Virus record (IMG/VR): IMGVR_UViG_3300022562_000051
Span: 1 to 44,580 of that record
DNA: 44,580 nt
Source: a virus
Lineage: Duplodnaviria; Heunggongvirae; Uroviricota; Caudoviricetes
Direction: 5' to 3' (one strand)
Each line of letters starts with the position of its first letter. Position 1 is the stretch's first letter. Below the pieces are notes generated by a model. The model was not told where the DNA came from. It was given only the letters and a program-made list of their open reading frames with translations, and ran no database searches. Of this stretch, positions 22,270 through 32,536 are shown in pieces. Both the position numbers and the translations under genes were made by a program.

Positions 22270-22484
22270 ATGTAGATGAACAGTGGCGGTTTCTTGAGAA
22301 CGACAAGCCTGCGCACTTGCAGGAAGTGATTTACTTTTCACCCATGGTTGGTGTATGGCGTGGCAAGTTCGATGAAGTATCCTATTGCTTTTATGGCGCG
22401 GGTGGATTCATTGATGGCTATGATGTAGAACTGTGGATGCCAGACAAGGGACAGACGCTACCGCCTCGACCAGTATTGCGATGA
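22266..22484 (+). CDS. Hypothetical protein (DUF551-like)
   Basis: W...DKP...V..WMP pattern. Confidence 0.5.
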   Translation: MNVDEQWRFLENDKPAHLQEVIYFSPMVGVWRGKFDEVSYCFYGAGGFIDGYDVELWMPDKGQTLPPRPVLR

Positions 22485-23074
22485 ACGGCTACGAAACTTA
22501 CTGTCTATATACAGCACTCAAGCTGCACTTCTCTTCCAACTACGATTTCTTCAAGTATAATGGAAGAGTCAAATCCACGACACCGGAAGCCTATGAGCGT
22601 CGGCGGGACAAGTATATGTTCCACAAGCTGGCTCGCACCGTGGCTGATCGTGACATGACTGCCTATCTGGTAGCTAATTTTATCGTGAGTGATCAATACT
22701 GGACAAAGGACTTGATCAGTCAGGAAGCACAGGACAATTGGAGAGAGTGGCAAAAGCGCAATCAATCTCTCTATTACACCTTCACACAGGATTTTCGTAA
22801 ACTGACGATTGGCATTACGCCAGACCAAGCAGTTGCGACAAGAGATTTCGGTGAATATCCTATTCTACTCAACATGTACATGTCGGGTGAGATATGCATC
22901 GAAACAATGGTCATTCTAAACAAGATGGCTCGCATTCTAGCTCGCTGGAATGGTCATATTAGCGATAACGTAATGTACCCAAAGATTAGAGATAAGATTC
23001 TCAAGTACACGCCGTTCCTTCAATATGACTTAGAGCGACCAAAAGAAATTGTGAAAACCATCTTGACTGAATGA
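22481..23074 (+). CDS. Helicase loader, T4 gp59-like
   Basis: YTALKLHF..YDFFKYNG...RRDKYMFHKL...YLVANF. Confidence 0.9.
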   Translation: MNGYETYCLYTALKLHFSSNYDFFKYNGRVKSTTPEAYERRRDKYMFHKLARTVADRDMTAYLVANFIVSDQYWTKDLISQEAQDNWREWQKRNQSLYYTFTQDFRKLTIGITPDQAVATRDFGEYPILLNMYMSGEICIETMVILNKMARILARWNGHISDNVMYPKIRDKILKYTPFLQYDLERPKEIVKTILTE

Positions 23075-23091
23075 GAAGATTCCTATATACT
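23063..23091 (+). promoter_or_regulatory. Sigma70-type promoter for gp32
   Basis: TTGACT-N17-TATACT. Confidence 0.7.
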
Positions 23092-23150
23092 GTTTGTATA
23101 TTATGAATCATGTGGATAAGACGCAATACTAATCATACGAGGTAATACAA

Positions 23151-24044
23151 ATGACATTTAATCTTAAATCACTCAAGAAGTCGAACTCTCTCGACAAGCT
23201 CACCAAGGCAATCGAAGCAACACAGAAGCCCGTCTACGCAAAGGACGATGAGCGTTTCTGGCAACCCGAAGTAGACAAGGCAGGCAACGGTTACGCAGTA
23301 GTCCGTTTGCTTGACGCGCCTGCTGTGGATGGCGAAGATGGTCTGCCGTGGGTACAGGTGTTCAATCACGGTTTCCAAGGACCGGCTGGCTGGTACATTG
23401 AAAACTGCCCAACGACCATTGGTGCGAAGTGTCCGCTCTGTGAACACAACAACAAGTTGTGGAACAGTGGCATTGACGCCAACAAGGATATCGTTCGCAA
23501 GCAGAAGCGCAGGCTGACGTACATTGCCAACATCCTTGTGGTCAGTGACAAAAACCGTCCTGAGAACGAAGGCAAGGTGTTCCTGTGGAAGTTCGGAAAG
23601 AAGATTTTCGACAAGATTCAGGAAAAGCTGTCGCCAGAGTTTGAAGATGAAACGGCAATGAATCCGTTTGACTTCTGGAAGGGTGCGAATCTCAAGATCA
23701 AGATTCGTCAGGTCGAAGGCTTCCGTAACTACGATAAGTCCGAGTTCGAAGATGCGTCACCTATCGCAGATAGTGACGAGGAAATCGAACGCATCTGGAA
23801 GACTGCGTACTCGCTCAAGGAGTTCGTGGCGGCTGATCAGTTCAAGTCATATGACGAACTGGCTGATAAGCTGAATCGTGCGTTGGGGGCTGGTGGTGCC
23901 GTTGCTGCTCGCGCAAAGCCAGTGAGCGACGATACCGCACCGTGGGATGAGCCAAAGTCGGCAGCGCCTCGCGCAACAGCCGAGTCGGTGACTCCATCAG
24001 AGGATGATGACTTGTCTTTCTTTGACAAGCTTGCTAACGAATAA
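23151..24044 (+). CDS. Single-stranded DNA-binding protein, T4 gp32-like
   Basis: DERFW..DKAGNGYAV, HGFQG..WYIENC.TT...CP.CE, FGKKIFDKI, RNYDKSEF, acidic tail. Confidence 0.97.
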   Translation: MTFNLKSLKKSNSLDKLTKAIEATQKPVYAKDDERFWQPEVDKAGNGYAVVRLLDAPAVDGEDGLPWVQVFNHGFQGPAGWYIENCPTTIGAKCPLCEHNNKLWNSGIDANKDIVRKQKRRLTYIANILVVSDKNRPENEGKVFLWKFGKKIFDKIQEKLSPEFEDETAMNPFDFWKGANLKIKIRQVEGFRNYDKSEFEDASPIADSDEEIERIWKTAYSLKEFVAADQFKSYDELADKLNRALGAGGAVAARAKPVSDDTAPWDEPKSAAPRATAESVTPSEDDDLSFFDKLANE

Positions 24045-24070
24045 CAGAAGTTCCTCTCTGGTAGTTAGCG

Positions 24071-24098
24071 AGGGCGAGCCGCAAGGCTCGCCCTTTTT
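24071..24098 (+). terminator. Intrinsic terminator
   Basis: AGGGCGAGCC-GCAA-GGCTCGCCCT-TTTT. Confidence 0.85.
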
Positions 24099-24534
24099 AT
24101 TTCCAGCCACCCAAATCCTTTTCGGTGATAATCTGGAATCGCCACATGCGGTCAGCGCAATAATCCTTGGCAGCGGTCCATTTGGCAAGATTAGTGGCAT
24201 AGGTCAGTTGCTCCCGTAGCAGCCGCCGATTCTTGCGCCCATCCTTGTGCATCATGCCAGTGGGTGCCTCAGTTTCCTTGCTAGGCTTGATTTCGACCAT
24301 GGTGGTGCCTGCCTTGGTGCGCACGATGAAGTCGGGAAAGTACCTACGCCAGCGTTTACGTACAGGGTCGAAATATGGTACAATTGTCTCTTCCGATGAC
24401 CATTTGATCACACCACTGTTGGAATCTAGGTACTGCATATATCGTAATTCAAGACGACTTCGATATATGATGTTGGTGGGATCACCGTCGTACTTTTCAG
24501 GGTGTGAGGGGCGGAATCGTCCTTTCCAAGCCAT
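24097..24534 (-). CDS. Head completion nuclease, T4 gp4-like
   Basis: KYDGDPTNIIYRS, WSSEE..VPY, RYFPDF, VEIKP, N.AKW.AA. Confidence 0.92.
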   Translation of the reverse strand: MAWKGRFRPSHPEKYDGDPTNIIYRSRLELRYMQYLDSNSGVIKWSSEETIVPYFDPVRKRWRRYFPDFIVRTKAGTTMVEIKPSKETEAPTGMMHKDGRKNRRLLREQLTYATNLAKWTAAKDYCADRMWRFQIITEKDLGGWK

Positions 24535-24546
24535 AATAAAACCACA

Positions 24547-24573
24547 CTAAATAGATTAGAACCAGCTATTTAG
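24547..24573. promoter_or_regulatory. Overlapping divergent late promoters
   Basis: CTAAATA on + (24547-53) and on - (24567-73) between gp4 and gp2. Confidence 0.7.
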
Positions 24574-24578
24574 GACAT

Positions 24579-25133
24579 ATGATGGCAACTTCCGTTTGGC
24601 AAAGACTCAGGAATGACATGAAGACTGCGGGTATCATCCCGAGAACCCGCGCTGCTCGCCAGTGGTACGGCACGGTGGTCAATCGCATCCGTATTCCCAC
24701 CAATAGGTCAAATATCCTGCACGATCCGTCCCGAGCCACTCGCCATGCCATTATCGGGCGCATGTATGCCTACCACTATCGCCCTAAATACGAAGATGTA
24801 CTACCTTTGTGGGATCAGTTCCCTCTGGTGCTGCCGATGGAGCAATACCCTGACGGATTCTTGGGATTAAACTTACACTATCTCGACCCCGGCAATCGGC
24901 TAGCCCTCTTGGAACTCCTGCATGACTTCATCACGAATGGTAAATATGACGATTCGACACGATTCAAACTGTCTTATGCTGTTCTTAACGGAATTAAGAA
25001 GTATGAGATTATGCGCCCATGCATCAAGCGATACCTGATTGAGTACATGGAGTCACCCATGATTTACATTGAACCGGACCAGTGGGAGCTAGCCGTGCTG
25101 CTGCCATTTGAACGTTTCCACCACAACTATTAA
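24579..25133 (+). CDS. DNA end protector, T4 gp2-like
   Basis: GRMY.Y.Y.PK...LP.WD.FPLV....GFLGLNLHYL...PCIKRYL. Confidence 0.92.
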   Translation: MMATSVWQRLRNDMKTAGIIPRTRAARQWYGTVVNRIRIPTNRSNILHDPSRATRHAIIGRMYAYHYRPKYEDVLPLWDQFPLVLPMEQYPDGFLGLNLHYLDPGNRLALLELLHDFITNGKYDDSTRFKLSYAVLNGIKKYEIMRPCIKRYLIEYMESPMIYIEPDQWELAVLLPFERFHHNY

Positions 25134-25143
25134 GGTCACGCTA

Positions 25144-25824
25144 ATGTTCGTAGACGCATTTCTAGCTAACTATGCACTCCACTTCGATTTCGCCAAGCCA
25201 TCGAAGTTTACTGCACTCATATTCCAACCACCGGGACTGACAAATACTGGTGGATTGTTTGGTGGATTGATAGGACAGAACAAGCTGACACAGAAGCTAG
25301 GCAGTGGTATCAATACCGCGTCCCTCGCCTTTCAGTGTGAGCAGGCACAGTTACCGGGATACCAGATCAATACGGTTGAGCAAGCCATCTATGGTGCTAA
25401 GTTCACGCAGCCAGCTACACCCATCTTCGAACCCATGCAGCTTACGTTCATATCCGCTGGTGACATGTGGGAGCGTAAGTTCTTTGAAGATTGGATGGAG
25501 CTAATTCTGCCGCGTGAGCCACAGAAGGTAGATATCAAGAGCGTGATAGGTGAGTATTTCGATGCTGATGGTTCAGGTAAGCGTCCACCATTCACAGCCG
25601 CATATCGTGAACAGTTCTGCTCCACCATTGAAGTCATTCAGTTCCACGATACCGGTGTACCATCAGTCCGGTATAAGTTCGAAGAAGCATATCCTGTAGA
25701 CATGAACCCACAACAACTGAATTGGGGTGACAATGATGTTCATCGTCTACAAGTAACATTCCACTACAGGACATATCGTAGGGAAGAGAACGTTGTCAAA
25801 CAGATTTTTGATGCATTTAGATGA
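25144..25824 (+). CDS. Tail-tube-fold baseplate protein (gp54-like tube initiator)
   Basis: CEQAQLPG, ERKFFEDWM, EAYP..M....L.W, LQVTF.YR; synteny. Confidence 0.75.
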   Translation: MFVDAFLANYALHFDFAKPSKFTALIFQPPGLTNTGGLFGGLIGQNKLTQKLGSGINTASLAFQCEQAQLPGYQINTVEQAIYGAKFTQPATPIFEPMQLTFISAGDMWERKFFEDWMELILPREPQKVDIKSVIGEYFDADGSGKRPPFTAAYREQFCSTIEVIQFHDTGVPSVRYKFEEAYPVDMNPQQLNWGDNDVHRLQVTFHYRTYRREENVVKQIFDAFR

Positions 25825-25835
25825 GGAATTAAACC

Positions 25836-26573
25836 ATGCCATTACCAAAGATTGAACATCCTATTGTTGAAATATACGTACATTCATTGAATAGGAAAGT
25901 GAAGTTTCGCCCATTTCTTGTTAAGGAAGAACGGGTGCTGATGATTGCCAAGGAATCAGATGACCCTAATGAGATTCAGACTGCCGTGCAACAGATCGTA
26001 AACAACTGTTTGATTGATGAGGGTGTGGATATCACCACACTACCATTGTTTGACGTTGAAATGATCTTTGTCAAGCTACGCGCCGCATCTGTAGGACAGA
26101 CCATTCAACTGTCGTTCCATTGCAAGAATGAAGTGGATGGAGTGCCGTGCGATACAGACACGGACTATAATCTCGACTTGGATAAGATCAAGTATGAAAT
26201 ACCAGAAGGTCACAAGAATATTGTAATGCTTACCGATAAGGTGGGTATTAAATTGAAATATCCAACTTTAAGTTCATCCACGGCTGATATTAGCGAAGAG
26301 GACAGTGACGAGGAAATATACCGTGAGGTATTGGGTACCCTACTGGATAACATTGATCATATCTTTGATGAAGAGTCTATCTATAAGGTATCTGATCTGT
26401 CCAAGGATGAGTTAATCGAATTCATTGAAAACCTCACTGTAGACAAGATGAATAACATTGAGGCATTCTTTGCCACTTCGCCTAGAGTGCTGCTTGAAGA
26501 CAAAGTTGTATGTAAGAAATGCGGATTCGAACATACTCTGAGGTATGAGGGACTCGCAAGTTTTTTTATGTAA
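25836..26573 (+). CDS. Baseplate hub assembly protein (gp26-like)
   Basis: MPLPKI, FRPFLVKEE, FDVE.IF.KLRA.SVG, KYPT, C..CG...EGLASFF. Confidence 0.85.
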   Translation: MPLPKIEHPIVEIYVHSLNRKVKFRPFLVKEERVLMIAKESDDPNEIQTAVQQIVNNCLIDEGVDITTLPLFDVEMIFVKLRAASVGQTIQLSFHCKNEVDGVPCDTDTDYNLDLDKIKYEIPEGHKNIVMLTDKVGIKLKYPTLSSSTADISEEDSDEEIYREVLGTLLDNIDHIFDEESIYKVSDLSKDELIEFIENLTVDKMNNIEAFFATSPRVLLEDKVVCKKCGFEHTLRYEGLASFFM

Positions 26574-26602
26574 CTTTTAGCTATGACAATCTTGAGAACT
26601 TT

Positions 26603-26764
26603 ATGCGCACCAACTTTGCGTTGATGCAACATCATCAGTACAAATATGATGACCTTATGAATATGATTGCTTGGGAACGATCTGTGTATGTTACTCTCCT
26701 ACGAGCATACCTCAAGGAAGAGAAGGAACGAATTAAGCTGGAACAACAAACTAGAAGACGCTAA
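26603..26764 (+). CDS. gp51-like baseplate assembly chaperone segment, probably expressed by -1 frameshift from the upstream gene
   Basis: TNFALMQHHQY...MIAWERSVYV.LL; no RBS; frame open back to the T7 run at 26561. Confidence 0.75.
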   Translation: MRTNFALMQHHQYKYDDLMNMIAWERSVYVTLLRAYLKEEKERIKLEQQTRRR

Positions 26765-29451
26765 TGGCAAGAAACAACATACCAAGCTTACCTGAACAAG
26801 AGTTCAAGTATGGACAGAGTAGGTCTGTCAAGCAAGCTATTCAGGAAGCCAACTATAACAGGGAATTGCTTAGACGGCACCCTGAACTTGCTGATCAGAT
26901 TAAACAGCATCCTACCAGTAGGATAAAGGCTGGCGTTGGTGCGTGGATTGAACAGAAGAAATCATCCATGTATGGTGGTGGAAGAACCAAGACTGGTGGC
27001 ATCCTCAGAATGCTTGGTCAGCAGGGCGCGGGTGAATTCTATGATACCATGTTTGGCAAGCAGAAGCCAAGGTGGGTAGGTGATCAAAAGGAAAAACAAA
27101 ATACAGCCAAATTAGAAAGAGCGCAACAACAAACCGCTGCGGTCATGAGCGGAGTTGCCAAGACTATTGAACAGGTGAGCAGCAGTCTTACTGCATTCAA
27201 GCAGGAACTAGGCATTGTCAAAGCCAGTGTTCTTGACGTTAGGCGTAACATGGGTGATATCGGCAGTGATGTGTCTGATATCAAGTCCCTCATCATGCCA
27301 CGTAATATCACAGCTAAGGGCAAGCCATTAACTGATTCGTGGGGCAGGCAGGATAAGAGTAAGGTTGGTAAGATTCAATTTGCTCAATACAATCCGCTAG
27401 CACCCGCAGGCGCACAGTTCCTACAGCAGAATGTCAAGCAGCTAGGTGGTGGATTCTTTACTCGCGGTGGATTAACCAGTAAGGCAATCGAACCGGGATT
27501 TATGCAGGACGCAATCAAACAGGCATCCATGCAGACTGCTATACTGACACTCAAGATACAGAAGAAGGACGCATCCAAAGCTGAACTCAGAAGAAAGAAC
27601 GATTACTCTGATCCAACTGAGCGTAAGTTGTTTGAGACTGATCCTATTATTGCTCTGCGTGATGAAATGCGCGAGAACTTTGCGAAGCTATTTGCACTAT
27701 TGAAGGGGTTGCGTGGTTATGGTGATGATGGATTTGGTATTGACGGATTACCATTGCCTATTCCTCTTGGTGGTGGCAAGGGCAAGGGTGCGCGAGGCAA
27801 AGGTCGCCGTGGTGCTACCAGTTCGAAGGCAAAAGAAAGATACAAGAGAAGATATGGTAAGCGAGCAGCAGGCAAGAGATTTGGTGGTAAGGGTGGCGGC
27901 AGTATACTAGGACTTGGCGCACTGGCTGGTGGCTATCTTGGCTACAAGCTATTTGATAGCATGAGGGATGAGAGCCTTGAATCAGAAGACCCTGAAATGC
28001 TCAAGGAGCAGGCAGCAGCCGCTACCAAATCTGGTGATGTTGAGGGATTGAGAAAGACGCGCACACAGATCGCAAAGCAGAAAGAAGATGTTGAGATACA
28101 GATGGCATCCAATGTGGGTGCTGTCGGTGGTGCTGCGGCTGGCGCTGCTACTACCAAGGTGATGTGGAAGCTGTTCGTTAATTTCGTTAAGAGAAAAGCA
28201 CCACAACTCGCAGCACGTATTGGCACACGCCTCGCTGCATCTGGTGTCATGGCATCCGTACCAGTCATTGGCTGGATTGGTGCAGCTATCTCACTAGGAT
28301 TCACTGCATGGATGGCATGGGACTTGTATCAGTTGTGGAAGGAGTTCCAATCATTGAGTGATGCTGAGAAGGAAGCATACACCGATGAGGCTGTTCGTCT
28401 TGATGAATCCAAGGATAAGCCGGGAGCAGAACTGTCAGCATTATCCAAGCCACCTGATTATGAAATGGCTAGACAAATTGAATCCACTGCAACCAAGACC
28501 GGACCAACCACAAGAGGCGGCAGGCGCGGTAGGAATGCTACGCCAGCACCAGCTACGGCATCTAAGCCAGCATCTACCACTGGTGTCCTGTCTGCATCAC
28601 AAGCAAGTCAAGGTGCGCGTGGTGGTAGAAACACTGCACCATCGTCAGCCGAAGGTAAGAAGAATGTAATGGAAGCAATGGATGCGGCTGGCATTACAGG
28701 CGCACATCGTGCATCCCTGCTCGCTCAATTGCATCATGAGTCTAATGGATTCAGAAGGCTTGAAGAGAATCTGAATTACTCAGCCGATAGGCTCATGCAA
28801 GTATTTCCAAAGTATTACAAGAATCCTAAAGACGCAGAGGAAGATGCTGGCAATCCACAGAAGATTGCTATGCGTGTATATGGCAAGCGTTCTGACTTGG
28901 GTAATAGTTCTGCCGAGGATGGTTGGAAGTATCGTGGTCGCGGATATATTCAATTGACTGGCAAGAGCAACTACGAGCAATTTGGTAAGTTAATAGGTAT
29001 GGACTTGGTTAACAATCCATCACTGGCTGCACATCCTAAGATCGCTGCCAAGATTGCTGTTGCGTATTATAAGAGCAGAGTGATTGACAAGGGTATACAA
29101 GGTGAGGATGTTAAGGGAGTAACCAAAGCTATTCAAGGCGGCTCACTAGGGTTAGAAGAACGTGGTGAATTGACCGCTATGTACAGTGGTGATAGTGCTG
29201 GTGGATTGGCTACACCAGCATCAACTCATAAGGGTGCAGAGATTGATGGTGAATCCAGACAGGTCAAGCAGGCACAGCAACAGGCACCTGTAATGGTAGC
29301 CATGACTACGCCAGCACCAGCACCAGCACCAGCAGCGCGTGGCGGTCCATCACCGGGAGCAGTATCCATGGCACGTTCAAGTGCAACAACTGATGATTCA
29401 TCATTAATACGAGCAGCACAACAGGATACAACACATCCTGTGTACGCTTAA
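26764..29451 (+). CDS. Tape-measure / hub (gp29-like) protein with GH19 lysozyme/chitinase domain
   Basis: Long helical Ala/Gly-rich body with hydrophobic segments; LAQLHHESNGF..LEENLNYSA...YRGRGYIQLTGKSNY. Confidence 0.75.
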   Translation: MARNNIPSLPEQEFKYGQSRSVKQAIQEANYNRELLRRHPELADQIKQHPTSRIKAGVGAWIEQKKSSMYGGGRTKTGGILRMLGQQGAGEFYDTMFGKQKPRWVGDQKEKQNTAKLERAQQQTAAVMSGVAKTIEQVSSSLTAFKQELGIVKASVLDVRRNMGDIGSDVSDIKSLIMPRNITAKGKPLTDSWGRQDKSKVGKIQFAQYNPLAPAGAQFLQQNVKQLGGGFFTRGGLTSKAIEPGFMQDAIKQASMQTAILTLKIQKKDASKAELRRKNDYSDPTERKLFETDPIIALRDEMRENFAKLFALLKGLRGYGDDGFGIDGLPLPIPLGGGKGKGARGKGRRGATSSKAKERYKRRYGKRAAGKRFGGKGGGSILGLGALAGGYLGYKLFDSMRDESLESEDPEMLKEQAAAATKSGDVEGLRKTRTQIAKQKEDVEIQMASNVGAVGGAAAGAATTKVMWKLFVNFVKRKAPQLAARIGTRLAASGVMASVPVIGWIGAAISLGFTAWMAWDLYQLWKEFQSLSDAEKEAYTDEAVRLDESKDKPGAELSALSKPPDYEMARQIESTATKTGPTTRGGRRGRNATPAPATASKPASTTGVLSASQASQGARGGRNTAPSSAEGKKNVMEAMDAAGITGAHRASLLAQLHHESNGFRRLEENLNYSADRLMQVFPKYYKNPKDAEEDAGNPQKIAMRVYGKRSDLGNSSAEDGWKYRGRGYIQLTGKSNYEQFGKLIGMDLVNNPSLAAHPKIAAKIAVAYYKSRVIDKGIQGEDVKGVTKAIQGGSLGLEERGELTAMYSGDSAGGLATPASTHKGAEIDGESRQVKQAQQQAPVMVAMTTPAPAPAPAARGGPSPGAVSMARSSATTDDSSLIRAAQQDTTHPVYA

Positions 29452-29481
29452 TAAATAGGCAATCAACGAGAGAACTAATCA

Positions 29482-30564
29482 ATGAGTTTCATCAAAAACA
29501 TAGGTCAGGTAGCTACCGACGTAGGAAAAATCCTCAAGAAAAGCTTCGGACCATTAGATGCCCTGAATCCAACCTCTGATGAAAGCATCAAGGGGTTGTA
29601 TCGTTATCCACTGGATGTGGGTAATGTCAATCTGTATCCACATACGGTTGAGTTCCATTGCTATAAGCCATTGCCGGAAGGATTGCCAAAGGATACACAG
29701 GATAAGACCAAGACGTTTGATAAGAGTGGCAGGGACATTACACCAGAGTATGGGCATAGTCAGGACTTGATTGACAGGTATGGCAAAGGTGGAATGGCAG
29801 TTAACAGGAATCAGGCAGTCAATGGTGAGCGCATTAGTGATTGGGAGCGCCGTGCTGAACTCTACAGTGTGATTGCTCTGTACATGCCACGCCAAGCATT
29901 ACAAGAAACGATTAACAACAACTACGAAGAGAAGTCCATGACTGAGATTCTTGGTGGCTTGGGTATGGCAGCGGAAGCTGGCTCATCCATCATTGAATCA
30001 TTCCAGAAGAATGAATCCACATGGCAAGGACTCAAGAGTGCTGTGAAGGGATTGGCACCATTCGCAGCAGCGGTGGCTGGTACTGCGGCAGAGAAAGCTG
30101 GTGGACTAGGTTTGGGTGATCCGAAAGCAGCAGCAGAAGCATATCTGCAATCACGCGGACTGGCTACCAATCCACAGTTTGAGGTATTCTATGGTGGCAC
30201 ACAGTTCCGCAAGTTCATGTTTCAGTATAAGCTGTTGCCGCGCAGTGCCAAGGAAGCGGATGAGATTCTAAAGATCGTGCGAGTCCTCAAGTATCACGCA
30301 TCACCAGAATATCTAATGACACAAGGACGCTTCATGGCACCACCATCCTACTTTGATATCTACATCAAGTATCGTGGTGAAGAGAATGAGCGTATTCCAT
30401 TACAGATATCCACATGCGTATTGACTGCACTGGATATTGACATGGGATCATCCACCGATCAGTTTGTCACGTTCCATGATGGTACACCATTGGAGATTGG
30501 TATTCAGATGCAATTCACTGAACTTGAAATCATGCACAAGAGACTGCGTAAGGATGGATACTAA
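29482..30564 (+). CDS. Baseplate tail-tube cap, gp48-like
   Basis: YRYPLD, IALYMP, NP.FEV.Y....RKF.F...L.PRS.KEA, CVLT, F.ELEI; ATAAATA promoter at 29451. Confidence 0.85.
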   Translation: MSFIKNIGQVATDVGKILKKSFGPLDALNPTSDESIKGLYRYPLDVGNVNLYPHTVEFHCYKPLPEGLPKDTQDKTKTFDKSGRDITPEYGHSQDLIDRYGKGGMAVNRNQAVNGERISDWERRAELYSVIALYMPRQALQETINNNYEEKSMTEILGGLGMAAEAGSSIIESFQKNESTWQGLKSAVKGLAPFAAAVAGTAAEKAGGLGLGDPKAAAEAYLQSRGLATNPQFEVFYGGTQFRKFMFQYKLLPRSAKEADEILKIVRVLKYHASPEYLMTQGRFMAPPSYFDIYIKYRGEENERIPLQISTCVLTALDIDMGSSTDQFVTFHDGTPLEIGIQMQFTELEIMHKRLRKDGY

Positions 30565-31244
30565 TGACTTATTTCAGTAAGTTTCCAAAGGTCGTTATTA
30601 CAGACCTTACCAATGAAAACTCAGATATCATTCTAACGAATATATTTGCTCGTTCTGCGTTTCTGCGTGATATACTGGAAAACACATCAATCTTCTATGA
30701 GTATGAAGTCAAGGAGAATGAGACACCAGAGATTATTGCACACAAGCTATACGGCAGTGTGGAACGTTTCTGGATTGTATTGCTATTCAATAAACTGATG
30801 AATCCACTATATGATTTTCCATTGAATTCGGAACAATTGGACGATGTGATTGAATCCAAATATGGATATAGCGTAGAAGACGCTCAATCCATAGCGCATC
30901 ATTATGAACAAAGAATTACCAAATCCGTCCTGTTGAATGGCATTGTACAAACATCTAATACATTTACAGTAACCATATCGCAGTATGAGGCTGATCCTAC
31001 TACTGGTATTGCCACAATCAATCCATGGTTGGATGGACTGTCGCCAGATACGGGAGTGACTTATGACACCACTACAGAGGCTATTGATAGCTCGACCAGT
31101 GTGGTCACTACGTATGAATACTGGTTTGTGTCTGTCTATGCTCATGAGCAGAATGAAAACGAGAAAAAGCGCAAGATCAGACTATTGGATGCACGATATA
31201 TCAATGCAGTAGAGAATGAGTTCCAGAGGCTTATGAATGAATGA
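30564..31244 (+). CDS. Baseplate wedge protein, gp53-like
   Basis: YFSKFP, ETPEIIAHKLYG, WIVLLFN, HHYE, NEKKRKIRLL. Confidence 0.9.
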   Translation: MTYFSKFPKVVITDLTNENSDIILTNIFARSAFLRDILENTSIFYEYEVKENETPEIIAHKLYGSVERFWIVLLFNKLMNPLYDFPLNSEQLDDVIESKYGYSVEDAQSIAHHYEQRITKSVLLNGIVQTSNTFTVTISQYEADPTTGIATINPWLDGLSPDTGVTYDTTTEAIDSSTSVVTTYEYWFVSVYAHEQNENEKKRKIRLLDARYINAVENEFQRLMNE

Positions 31245-32535
31245 TACCACTCATCTTCCACAAGACAAAGCATTAGACTTTAGAGAGTTTCGTGTTGAGT
31301 CTATCTCGCTAATCAGTGGTGGTGGCGAGACTATTGACATTGCCAGACTGGTGCTGGAAATTACTCTTAGGCAGGATATCTTCACCAATTACATTAATGG
31401 TGAATGTCTAGTCTCGGATGGTGTTGACCTCATTAATCAGCAGGGTGTACATGGCAGTGAGTTCCTGTATCTGAATTTGAAGGAACCGGGAACCTCATAT
31501 CAGGTCAGAAAAGCATTTCGCATCTACAAGATCAGTGGGCGTGAGCCAGCCAAGAACAACAGCCAGACCTATAAGATTCATTTCGTATCTGATGAAATGG
31601 TTGCCTCATCCACCAAGCGTATCAGCCGAGCATACTCAGATCGTACCATTTCGGATATCGTCAAGGACATACTGAGCAAGGAACTGGCAGTTACCAAGGT
31701 CAATGTGGATGATACGGACACAGGCACCAATCTGGTCATACCTAGCCTGCGCCCAACAGAAGCCTTGAACTGGCTAGCCAGCCGTGCTACCAATGGCAAT
31801 GATCAGTTTGCATACCTGTTCTATGAGAATCTGGATGGTTTCAACTTCCGTTCCCTGCAATCCATGTACGAGGATAAGGAAGTCAACAGCAAGCCATTCG
31901 TATATGAATACTCCACGGTTGAAAAGACACTGGAAGATCATCAATACTATCTGGACGCATTCACCTTCAAGCGTGATTTCGACATTCTAACTCTAATTCG
32001 TAATGGTGGCTTGGGCATACACTTCACTGGCTTTGATCCTATTCGGCGCACCATAACCATCAATGAGTATTCAGTCAAAGACATACCCAAGATGTATGAC
32101 ATACCACCCATTGTCAATTTCGACTATGATGGTACATCACACTATCAAGCCTCATCTGCCTATCAGGTGGTTTATCCACAGACCACCGAGTTTGCTGGCA
32201 ACAAAGCCACACAGTCAGAGATATGGATGAAGCGTGTCATGTCCATTGCCCTATTGAGCAATTCACTGTTGGAACTGGTCATGCCGGGAAACATGTCCCT
32301 GCAAGCTGGCAAGCCTATCAACATAGACTTCAAGTATATGATTACACCTACCACACAGAACATGAAGGACGAGGTACGCAGTGGCAAGTATCTGGTGACA
32401 GCCGTGGTGCATCGTTTCAATGTCATGCAATCACAATTTGACTCTGTACTGATCTGTGGGCGAGACTCATTGCCAGTTGCGCCAGTCAAGCCTAAGACTG
32501 ATCTACCACTCTCAATACGTAAACTGAGCAAGTAA
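31237..32535 (+). CDS. Baseplate hub protein (gp27-like)
   Basis: Position between gp53 and gp5; FYEN.DGFNFRSL, PGN..L.AG, SGKYLVTAV.H. Confidence 0.7.
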   Translation: MNDTTHLPQDKALDFREFRVESISLISGGGETIDIARLVLEITLRQDIFTNYINGECLVSDGVDLINQQGVHGSEFLYLNLKEPGTSYQVRKAFRIYKISGREPAKNNSQTYKIHFVSDEMVASSTKRISRAYSDRTISDIVKDILSKELAVTKVNVDDTDTGTNLVIPSLRPTEALNWLASRATNGNDQFAYLFYENLDGFNFRSLQSMYEDKEVNSKPFVYEYSTVEKTLEDHQYYLDAFTFKRDFDILTLIRNGGLGIHFTGFDPIRRTITINEYSVKDIPKMYDIPPIVNFDYDGTSHYQASSAYQVVYPQTTEFAGNKATQSEIWMKRVMSIALLSNSLLELVMPGNMSLQAGKPINIDFKYMITPTTQNMKDEVRSGKYLVTAVVHRFNVMQSQFDSVLICGRDSLPVAPVKPKTDLPLSIRKLSK

Positions 32536-32536
32536 C

